A stretch of 53,137 nt of DNA, counting the filler, from Sphacelaria rigidula (Eukaryota), in the NCBI GenBank assembly GCA_964200075.2. It is 2 parts of 2 records of this genome, joined end to end, with 100 filler letters (N's around TTAATTAATTAA, not from the genome) between each part and the next. Parts side by side here need not be neighbours in the genome. Positions count along the whole stretch, not along the records: positions 1 to 26,531 come from CAXNAA020000135.1; 1 more part is not named here. One strand, 5' to 3'. Of this stretch, positions 13,801 through 24,100 are shown piece after piece. The position numbers and the translations under genes were made by a program. Numbering within the stretch: position 1 is the stretch's first letter; each line of letters begins with the position of its first letter. The notes below the pieces were generated by a model, which had not been told where the DNA came from, ran no database searches, and worked only from the letters and a program-made list of their open reading frames with translations.

Positions 13801-16593
13801 CAAGTCACGACCATACGCTCTGCCCGAGCTTTTCGTACAGACTTATTCTATTCCTGGGTTCAACAATTCATCGCTGCTCGTGAGAGCTGAAAAATGTTAG
13901 CGCGAATGTCGCGCCACGAGATGAGTAACCCTAGATAATCATGTGTGCCTCATATGAAGTTGATCTCGCAACGCTGAAACTATTGGTCAACAGACTAGCA
14001 CCGACGATGAAGGAAGCCGAAACACGACCAAGAAGGGCGAATCCTTTCATTCAATGGACACAACACCACGGTCGCCAAGGTCGTCGGCACCCTCGAAGAG
14101 TGGCATGAAGAGGTCATCTAGCACCTACAGCCCGTCGGGACCTTCTCCAGTGAGCGGCAGGGAGAGGTCATCGTCGAAGGCAAGTCAGTATGATGAATTA
14201 CATTGCTCAGGCTGCTACCCGTTTGGATAGTGATGACTCTCTGTCACTGGTCGCACGCAAATAGTTTTTCCACCGGTGACCCTCTCGCTATGTGGGCAGC
14301 TCCTTGCGGCACCTTGCAATCACTGAAGCTTGGACACCACACTCTTCCGATCAATGTACGTTGGTATCACTTTGGCTCTACTGTAGGGCTACTTGTAAAT
14401 TACTGTCAGACAGACCTGTCAAAGTAAGGGGTGGTCGCGAAAATAACGCTCCGAATACTTGGGAACACACACCAGGCCAACGAGCTCCTGCAGCCACCCT
14501 GCGCATCATGTTTCCCGTGCAGGGGCCTCGAGTACCTAGCGCCTTTGCCCACACGCGAACGTTTCACTCGAGAGAGAGTCGTTGGCGCGTGAGATGTTTT
14601 TCTGGTAGAAACTCCCCACCTCTTAGAAGCCGGCACCGTGTTCCTGCAGCTATATGAGCTAGGTGGCCGGGGAGCTCGCGCCGCCTCGTGCTCCATCTTC
14701 TCATGTGTCAACTATGTTAGACCTATTGTATGGTCTAGTAACGCTGCACCACATTTTCACTGCAATAACTCGGGTTCATCGTGACAGGACTCTGGTGTCG
14801 CTACCGCACAGTGCGAATTTTGCCTTAGACGATACCTGCGCACGGCCATGGCCAGCCATCTCCAGGTGACTAGCGCTGTCGCGTGGATTTATTGGTGTTT
14901 GTGTGATTGAATTGCATGTTGCGATCATTGGGAAGAATGTGATCGCACAATAGTTTTGATGCAACTACTCACGCACTGTTGTACTTTTAACGCTGGAGCA
15001 ATGCGATGGACCATATACCGAAAATGTACTTTTGCATTCCACTTGCGGCGGTGGCGAGTGAATGTCGACCTCTGCGATCTCAAAATATGCGGAACTTCTA
15101 TCAGGTATGCGAGCTGCGCCTTGTTCGCTGCCCCTTCCAATGCGGGATCAAGGTCCTAGTACGCAACCTGGAGAAACACAAGAGCTCATGCTCTCTTAGA
15201 TTCAGCGATAGCTCCACTAGTAAAGGTAACGGTCTCTCATCAGCAACGACATCCGCAGAGGCAGCGGTGGCTACACCACGAACTACAAACAGGACCCAAG
15301 CCACTACATCGACTTCCTCAGCGATACAGCGAGCTCCACCACCGCCCCCACCGCCCCCCCCTCCACTCACACACACTACCGCTGATGTCACAAAATGTCC
15401 AACACCAGCCGGGATTGGAAAGGCGACCACCCCAGTCGCCGCTGGGGCAACGACGAAAATTCCTCCGCCACCATCATCTGGGGATCCACCTCGCACGGTG
15501 ACCTGTATGCGATGTCATGAGAGCTTACCCTTCCATCTTGTGCCTGAACACGGTAGCAAGTGCAAAGGCAAGGGAGACAGTAGCAGAAGTGCTGGTCGTG
15601 GTCGAACAAGTCATGGCGCTTCAGCACCGCCGAGTGCTCCTCAGGGATCATCACCTCTCCCTCCATCGACCTCGTCCATACCGAAGTCTACTTCTTCCGT
15701 CGCACAAAACGCGCGCGGTGATCAGAACAACAGATCAACAACCATTTTCAACACCACACCTCCACGACCATCAGTAACCACGGGTTTGGTGACAGCAACG
15801 GACGGAGAAAGTTCAAACACAACGACTTTTTCCTCTGTGCCGCCACGATTTTCTGGAAGCAAAGCATCACCAAATGCATCCCCGGAGGCGCACACGCTGT
15901 GGGGATTAGGTGTGAAGGAGCCATCGACTTCCAAAGGCGGTGTTCCCCCCAAGGCTGCCTTCCCGTACCCATATGGTGTGGGACTGAGTCCTGAACTTGG
16001 GTCGGTGTTAAAAGAAGGAAGGAGTAGCGCGGGATTGCTCGCGGGCTTGCGAATCCCTCCATCTCCTCCCCGGCCTAAAAAGGTTGAACTATGGACCACG
16101 AGACAAGTGACTTCTTGGTTGAGAGAGAAAATGCGACCTCCAAGAGCGGACGTGATATCTCGCTTCCATGACGGTCAAATCGATGGTGCAGCTCTGCTAG
16201 AGCTGACTGACAGGTCAGACGTGGGCTATGTACGATGTTTAGAATGGTTTGTCATACACGCACGTAACGCCTGGCGGTGTTTTCAATGAGACTTTCACGG
16301 CAATGTTTGAGTCACTTTGCAGCCACGAGTCAACCGATAGACAGACAATGGTCGAGGTGCCGCAGATCCTGAAGGTCTCCGCACTACTTTGTGCCAAACG
16401 TTCACATAGGACGGTGAAAACGTGTACAAGCCGCTTCACTTGCAAGCAATCATTCACCTGGTACGTGACATTGGCTATTTTTACTCTTTCCGGCGTATAC
16501 AGGGACCTGTTGCACCCAACGGAAGGATTGGGTATAATCGATGCGGATATCCGCCGTCAAATATTGGAGCTGGTCGATGCCCTCGTGGACTAA
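7806..16593 (+). CDS. Spliced gene for a coiled-coil + TRAF-type zinc finger + C-terminal SAM domain protein (5' end unresolved, possibly from ~6600-7650)
   Basis: Exons: 7806-7958, 8222-8356, 8785-8865, 9131-9229, 9555-9686, 9947-10075, 10345-10431, 10674-10775, 11979-12074, 12366-13715, 13994-14179, 14788-14865, 15105-16213, 16503-16593 (TAA), all frame-consistent. The N-terminal exons are E/Q/R/L-rich and heptad-like. Splicing builds CEFCLRRYLRTAMASHLQ|VCELRLVRCPFQCGIKVLVRNLEKHKSSC (TRAF-like Zn fingers), a further CMRC..H...C motif, and WTTRQVTSWL..FHDGQIDGAALLELTDR|DLL..LGI....IRRQIL (SAM pattern). Confidence 0.75.
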
Positions 16594-16819
16594 TGCACCA
16601 CGTTTATTTCTCACAGCCGATATTGAGCCAGACACTTTCGTCTCACCGTCACTATGGCTGTCCATCTACAATGATACTGGCTCCCTGGCGCGCCAATGCT
16701 GCCGTACTGGCGGTATGTGCTAGACGTGTTGAAGATCGCGTAATTAGCGGGACTACTACGTGCACTACGACGAGAGCTGTTGAATATCGTACGGACGCCA
16801 CCGGCATCCACATGATCTT

Positions 16820-17226
16820 CCGTGGTGACTGTAAGTATCTAGGCGAGCAGCGCCGTTCGATGCATGGTGATTGGCGCTTGATCATGGGTACGCCCCACTT
16901 GTGTATCGTGCGCTCTTCTGGGTCGGGGCACGTGGTAAATGTTTGATCTTGCAACCGACCATAACCACTCAGCGTAGCCCCACAAGTCAGCGTGGCATTA
17001 CCACTCAGCGTAGCCATTGCGTTGTCCGTGGTGAGTGTAAATATCTAGGCGAGCAGCGTCGTTCGATGCATGGTGATTGGCGCTTGATCATGGGTACGCC
17101 CCACTTGTGTATCGTGCGCTCTTTTGGGTCGGGGCACGTAATGCATGTTTGATCTTGCAATCGACCACAGCCACTCAGCGTAGCACCACAAGTCAGCGTG
17201 GCATTACCACTCAGCGTAGCCATTGC
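16820..17226. repeat. Tandem duplication, 2 x ~206 bp
   Basis: The block cgtggtga.tgtaa.tatctaggcgagcagcg...accactcagcgtagccattgc starts at ~16821 and again at ~17027. The copies are near-identical and contain internal accactcagcgtagc subrepeats. Confidence 0.92.
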
Positions 17227-17737
17227 ATTGACAGTGTCGAACCATCCTGTTGGAGTATGATAAATAGGTTGCTGTAAGGTAAGAGCGCAGCAAGTCCCAG
17301 AGGGGACGAGCAGATGAGACTTGCACTTGGTCGGCTTCTCGCAGCAAGTGGTTGCGGGCCTCGGCGGCAGCCCATCCCGGTGCTTGCTACAAGGATCGTC
17401 ACATTAAGTGGGCGTACAGTACTCATCTTGCTCTTGCCGAACATGTTCCAGAATGTTCCGGGTATCTCGTGAGGAGAAGATGTGTCTGTCTCCAATAGTG
17501 ACACGCCATGCCATGCGTGGCACTCGGTTATCACACAAACCTATAAATATTTCTCATACGTGCCCGTTTGTGCTTATGTGTCAGGTAAACATATATCTCA
17601 TACCGACTGTACCGATGAACCTATCCACCGACCGACAGTCCCTTCTAGTGTCGCTTCAAAAAAGGTCAGGGTCGGCAACAACCATGCCCCTTCTTTGACG
17701 CACACGAGCTCATACGTAGAATTACTCATGCGTAGAA

Positions 17738-18017
17738 TTACACAGCATTGTAGCGGTACACAACGTTGTGACTGGACGCCTGTTTCCAGAAAATTTTCAA
17801 GGCGTGTTCGTACAACAGGATATCAAGAGCAAGGAAGTGCCTGATGCGAGGGTCATTCATTGCTTGACGCACTGACTCCGCTCTTGTGCTCTCCAGTACA
17901 GTACTCTCGATTTGCAACCCCAGCTGCTCCCGCCATTTTACCCCAGGTATATCGAGGGCTTTGTCGAAGAGATCCATTGTCGTGCTGAGCTCTTCGGCTA
18001 TCCCTATAGCAGCATAT
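17738..18017 (-). CDS. Terminal exon of a sulfotransferase-like gene (upstream exons not found; possible gene fragment)
   Basis: A CAG acceptor precedes 18017, then YAAIGIAEELSTTMDLFDKALDIPGVKW...RIRHFLALDILLYEHALKIFWKQ..stop. This fits the C-terminal pattern (G..EE....L..F...L ... LD..LY..A...F..Q) of Gal-3-O/carbohydrate sulfotransferase-like proteins, recognised from memory. Confidence 0.55.
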
Positions 18018-18461
18018 CTGACGGAGAAAACGTGGCAATATATATGCACGCAATGTGACATCAAAATGATTGTGCTCATACATGGGGCTTACTGAACACA
18101 AGGCTCATCAACACAATCTGCAGGCAGAAAGGACTAGACAAGAAACTTTCGAAACATGAAACAAAGTATCGATGGGATGATACTCGAGCAGTAACAGCTT
18201 ACTTGAAATACTACATGAAGCAGGCGGTAACCTCTCGCGGTAAATTTTTTCATTAACTTTTATATGACGCGAAGTGTACGCATTTGTAATTCTGGCGCTC
18301 TAGGTCACCGCACACAGCATGTCGCTACAAAATTCTCTGCGTACATAGTGCACTTGTTTCATGTTTGGCGTTCATGACTATTAGTAAGATTCGCGCAAGG
18401 GGTGCTGGCGCTCGAGGTCGAGTGGAGGCGGCAAATGCCGATAAAGTTATTTATTGATTAC

Positions 18462-19082
18462 AACAAGGTTTCCGTGAGATTGAGAGTTGGGTGCGGGTTG
18501 AGAGTGGCTTTGATCACTCGCTTTAACTTGACCAATTGTTTATTCCGTGCGTGCTTTTCTTCTTCTCATCACTGCCATGCGCTTACAGCTACACGTTGAT
18601 ATCCTACTCAAGGGTATCGAGGGCCTCAGTGGCAAGCTACTACAGAGAGAATATTGGGCCTGGTCGAGGTGCATTCCGGAACTGAAACGGCTTATTCACT
18701 AATAATTGACCGCTTTTCACTCTCAATCGTACCTTCAACTCTCAATTTCACGAAAACGTTGTTCCTTGCGATCATCGTGTGCGAACAGTGTTTTTGTGAA
18801 ATTGAGAGTAGAGGATACGATTCAGAGTGAAAAGCGGTCAATTCGTGAATGAATCGTTTCAGTTCCGAAATGCCCCTCCACGAGGCCCAATATGCTTTCT
18901 GTAGTAGCTTGCCACTGAGGCCCTTAATATCCCTGGGTAGGATATCGACATGTAGCTGTGAGCCCACGCAAGTAATGGAGGCAAAGAAAAGCACACACGG
19001 AATGAAAAATTGGCTACTTGAAACGAATGATCAAAACCACTCTCAATCAGCGCGCTACTCTCAATCTCACGAAAACGTTGTT
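18462..19082. mobile_element. Two ~300-bp MITE-like copies in inverted orientation forming a ~620-bp foldback
   Basis: 18462-18763 is the approximate reverse complement of 18784-19082, e.g. gggcctcagtggcaagctactacaga pairs with tctgtagtagcttgccactgaggccc. Each arm has its own ~26-bp terminal inverted repeats (aacaaggtttccgtgagattgagagt ... actctcaatttcacgaaaacgttgtt). Confidence 0.8.
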
Positions 19083-19136
19083 TGCGGTGTTCATGTGTGG
19101 TGTTTCCCCGCCGTGCTAGCGCCAAACTAAGCCGTC

Positions 19137-19269
19137 AAGAGGGGGGGGTGTGATTGTGGGAGGGTTACCCGATACGACAGTGGCTGGTTGACAGACGCGC
19201 ATTCAAGGGACGGCCTGCGTTGCATGTTTTTGTTTTTGTTGTTACATATCGGGTGGTTATCTAATCACA
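19137..19269 (+). mobile_element. Polypurine tract plus short (121-bp) LTR-like remnant
   Basis: AAGAGGGGGGGG (19137-19148) is immediately followed by TGTGATT...AATCACA (19149-19269), with TG..CA ends, a 7-bp TIR and an inner acccgata/tatcgggt pair. Confidence 0.45.
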
Positions 19270-20026
19270 TATCGCTATTGCCATGCCCTTCTCGCGCTCC
19301 GTCGTGGACGGGACGGGAGCGTCCACACCCGGGCTGATGGTTCAGCCAGTGCATGAAGGTGTATGGAGACCGTCGATGTTTTCTAAATACCGCTTCTGGG
19401 ACATGTATTTCATACGATCCTTGCTCAGACTGCATCCTACTGAACTAGATCAGCAATCAAATAACTCGTTGTAATCGTTCGCTACATCCACCAGAAAACT
19501 GCGCTGTCTGCCCAAAACAAGCCCGAGCCCAAAAGCTGGTGTGTCATCACACCCCACCTTACCGAAGAAACGCTGAAAAAGCCTTTTATCGCCCTCACTG
19601 AAGAGCTTATTTTCCCAGTGGGACCATTTCTCTCCCTCCACGAGTCGAGAGGTATTCCTCGTCTGCAATAGATCACGGAAAAGCGATCTTCCGTTCCCGC
19701 CGTACTCTAGAGAGAGGCTCGAATGTCTCGCACAACCTCAAGCCTCCTAGGGTTCAGTTTCTTCCCATATGGCCGAGCGCCCTTCTCTGTCGTTTCCCCC
19801 GTGCAAGCAAAGTTCACGATACCACCCAACACTTCGCTGCCCACTGGGTGAGTGGCCGTGTTAGCTCCGACGGCCATGTAGGTGTATCGTAGCGTGGCTT
19901 GAAAATTGCAAGAAACTACTGAAGTCTTCTATGTTTGCACCATTAATCTGTCCAGAATTTAACGCCTGGATGCTCCAGAATGTGCGGCACACATGCGGCC
20001 CAAAATTGAATATGCCTAGCCAGTGC

Positions 20027-20644
20027 TGTTACGGACAGTCTGTTAGTAGCCTCTCTGGCTTGTCCGTGCACTAGTTCGTTTTTACTACTGTCTCATTTGT
20101 TATGGTTATCATGATCGCTGCTCAAGCACTGTGGTGACGGATGTTCATAAGACGGGGCATAAAGTGAAATTTCCTACTTCAACCAAACATGCAGCATATT
20201 TATCCATGTACAGTACAGTATGCATTGATTTGTACGTACTCGCTCACCATCATCGCAGGGCAAAACGGCTTTCCAGCACAAGGGATGATCAGTTCAATGC
20301 AGAACAGCTTGTCCTCAATGTCAGGGTATCTTGATTACAGCTTCGGGGCCGATTCAGTTTCTCTTTTATAGTGGTGGTTTTTAACTCGTTCCAGGTAAAA
20401 TTCGTTTTTCCATTCCAGAGGATTAAAACCAGGGGGCCGGCTGTCACCGATTCTGAAAGAACCGAGTTCAACTCGGATGTAAAGAGGCATGTTTATGTAA
20501 CCGCCTTCGTACGGGCTGAAACATCCTCACCCCTGACTGCGGCATATTGCCAGTTCCCGCAGTCAGTCCTCCAGGACTTTTCCATCAGAGAGATGGGCCC
20601 ATCATTGTACTGCTCTTCCTCCATGTATGCTGCGATCCATAACA
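20027..20644 (-). repeat. 3' LTR (~618 bp) of the Ty3/gypsy element
   Basis: On the minus strand the PPT GAGAGGGG (20652-20645) abuts TGTTATGGA, and the other end reads TCCGTAACA (9-bp TIR, 1 mismatch). It lies downstream of the integrase. Confidence 0.65.
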
Positions 20645-20759
20645 CCCCTCTCAGGCCTAGGGTCGACAAACCCTGGGGCTGAACGTGGTTCGACGATGGA
20701 TCGCCGCGTTACCATGTTCCTTGTCCTCGAGTATTCGACGTTGTTTTCGTGCAGCCGTC

Positions 20760-21130
20760 GATCTTGGTAACCGTTCTGCCGAGTTAGACCACGTAGGGAA
20801 TTTAAACACCGTGTAGAACAATCTCGAACAGTCTCGGCAACTCCCGATCTTGTAGATCTCTCTGCCGGGTTAGACCACGTAGGGAATATAAACACCGTAC
20901 AGAACCGGTCCCAGCCAGTCCGGAGAAGCCCTTAATCTTGTTGACCGCTCTGCCGGGCTAGACCACGTAGGGAATATAAACACCGTACAGAACCGGTCCT
21001 ATCCAGCCCGGAAAAGCCCTTAATCTTGTTGACCGCTCTGACGGGTTAGACCACGTAGAGAATTTAAACACCGTACAGAAACGATCCCATCCCGTCCGGA
21101 GAAGCTCTTGTTCCTGTTGACCGCTCTGGG
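20760..21130. repeat. Tandem array, ~4.3 copies of an 87-88-bp unit, in the gypsy 3' untranslated region
   Basis: The core G(T/C)TAGACCACGTAG(G/A)GAAT(A/T)TAAACACCGT starts at 20782, 20869, 20957 and 21045. Confidence 0.93.
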
Positions 21131-24100
21131 CTGCCCGTAAACCGTTTGCGGATCTTGGTACCTCAGGGAACCTACCGCGCAATTGAGCCCCTTTCTGCTC
21201 GAGATGGTGTATCAGATGGACGTGGTCTGGTCTACGGTTGATATAATTCCCACAAGGCATGAGACACGTCCAACTGTAACTCAATGAAACTGTCCAAATC
21301 CTCTCCTCTGAAAGCCAGTGTGGCTCAGCTCCGTCGTGAAACAACCATTGATGTTCCCACACTCACGACGATCCTGGGCCCAGCACTGCTTTCCTATCCG
21401 TTAGAGTATTTAGTAGAGTTGTGGACGTGATGTCCTCAGCCAACCCTAAATTTTCCGCCGCACGCTAGCTGAAAGACCTCGCCTGGAAATGAGTTTTGCA
21501 GCTGCTCTGGGCGCACATGAAGTTTCTTCATGTTTGCCGGCAGCACCGTTCGCTCTTGTACTTTACGCACCTGCATATTGACCTCAAGATTGAGACCTGG
21601 TATCACCACCTGCTGCACAGTCCCCGGCCTAGTCCACAAAGTCGTGTACTAATTTGGTCGATACATCTCCGTTCAGAAGGGAGCTGTCAGACTCTTTGAC
21701 TAGCATCATATCTTATACCTCTTCCCTACGCTGGTGGCATTGGGTTAACAGCTCATGAACGTCCTTCAATTTTGTCGCTGTTGATCTACCGTGTTTATTC
21801 AACGGTAGGGATTCTGCTTCAGGTGACACAGATTTGACTTGGGCGCGAGGCTCGCGCAGCATAAATCGCGTTGGGTTATGCGGTAGTGACTGGTCGGAAG
21901 TAGTATGATGAATCCATACAGCAGGATTCAAATACTCGTCCCACCATTCCAGCCACTGCTTACATAGCTCGGTTAAAACGCCATACAACCACTCTCCGCA
22001 TCTTTCCACCGCGCCCTGATCGCGAGGGTAATTTGCGGGACCATGATCCACTTCACCTTCATCCACATGGCATAGATGGTTTACTTCTTACGAAATGAAC
22101 TCCTCCCCAGCGTCACTTCAAAGAAAATAGGGCGTTTCGAGCGTCAAGAACAGTTTCAGCAGACCCTTAACCATGTCTCAGTAACCTTGGCTGCTAGTGG
22201 TAGAGCAAAGAGAACTTGGTTGCTCGATCCATAACAAACAACAAATACTTATTACCAGAAGTAAAAATCTGCTTCATGTCCGATATGTCCATCTACATCA
22301 TCTCCCAGAACTGCAAGAAGCGGGCGGGCTGCATCGTTATGGTGTGACTATTCGTACGTTTGCGTCGGCGACATTCACAAGACAGCACGTATTTGCGAGT
22401 GTCGGCGAAAAGACCGGGTCACCCATAGCGTGCGTTGACCACTACAGTCGATTTCATCACTCCGGCATGCCCATGCGCAGTGTGCACCAACGCGAGCAGG
22501 CCAGGCACCAGACTGCGTGGAATAGCCATCTTACCTGGCGCCCAACTTACTTACCTGGCGCCCCAGGTGAGGTATACCATAGAAGATCGTCATCACTTTG
22601 GAACGTACGCTGCCTGCCCCTTACCTTTTCCTTCGTCCTTATTCTCCTACATCAACCTGTCCCTGATGGACCCAAGCTGGGAGTCCCGCTCTTGCAGCGA
22701 AACTAGTCGCGGCCTGTTCATCAGAATCGCTCTCGTCTGCTCGAGAACGACCTGAGGGCTACCTTTACCTGGTATCCGTGGCTCCTCAGTTGGAGCCTCC
22801 CCCCCACCAGGGTCTTAGTCAGACTTCCGCTCTGCCTCTTGGATCGACGAACGAGTTACAGCGACTCTCCAAGCCTCTGGTAACTCTGCTCCGTCCCACA
22901 TCGTAGCGAGCGTGCTCAAATCCTCATCCTCACCCTGGGTATGAGTCAAGCTAAACAAACCATCCGCTTCCACGTGATAGAACCGCCTTCATCATCCACG
23001 GGTGAACGAAATTAACCACAGTCTATGGCACGGCGTCGTTATTTACCGGGGTGGTGTCTCGTAATAGTCGAGAGTAGTCGCAACTTGCAAGAAATCGTCT
23101 CTTTCCAGCTCGACTGCTTCTTCCGATCCACTTGCGTCCGCCCTATGGGATCTGAATTCCTCTCGCCTTGATTTCCATTTCGTCAGCTGAGAAAGAGATA
23201 ATCTGGGCATCGGATTCTCGGAAGTGTGAATCGATTTGCCCTGTCCTGTCGGCACCAGAAAAATAAACACCTGTCCGCCCTAATCGCTAACTCAACGTGG
23301 GGAAGGCAACGGTGTACGCTTCCACTCGCTGCTTCCACGCTCGCAGTTGTCCTTCCCTCCGACGATCAGCTTTCAAGGCGACCACATAGGTCCGTCTCTT
23401 CCGATACGGTGCGCCCACCTGCACGGCTGAGACTGAGGCCTGCTCAGTGAGACCCCCAGCTGCGCTCAACACGGAACAACATCACAGCAGTACTCTCCAA
23501 GATCAGTATTGTCACAGAGGTTGATAAGAGGAATGACACGATCAACTCTTTGACGATGCTGGCTGATGCTGACTCCGGCTCGGCCCACTCGATTGGTGCA
23601 ACCCGACTTGCATCCCCTACCAACACTTGTTGTCGCACTTCTTCCACAAGGTTGTGGAAAGAACCGCACCCCGGACTCGTATGTACCAGCCTGACTCCCT
23701 TTCCAATCTGGTTTACTCCAACACAATCCAACGCCTTCCAGTCCGCATCAGCGTATCACTTCCACGAACTCTTTGGCTGCCAAAATACTTCCTCCACCTC
23801 CAACTGGAGAAACCCATTTGTTAAATCAACACTCGTAGCGTACTTGGATTCTGCTAGCCCACCATACATGGTCTACATATCCCTCAACCTGCCGCTGTAT
23901 GACTCCAGAAGAAGTTGGTTCAGTCCACGATAATCTTGACATAGTCGTAAACTGCCGTCCGTCCTTCTTTCGAACCGTGACGCAGGCGGCTGCCCATGCT
24001 AGCGTCGATCGCACGTAGCCCGGGACTAGCTTGCTAGCGAAACCTTCTGAGCTTACGTCCTCCGTTAGATGCAGCAGCCACTGCAGCGTGGCATTGTCCT

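Noticed and set aside
20782..21130. CRISPR array (30-bp core ending in AATWTAAAC with regular spacing)
   Set aside because: The intervening segments are homologous to each other rather than unique spacers, there are no cas genes, and the context is a eukaryotic retrotransposon.
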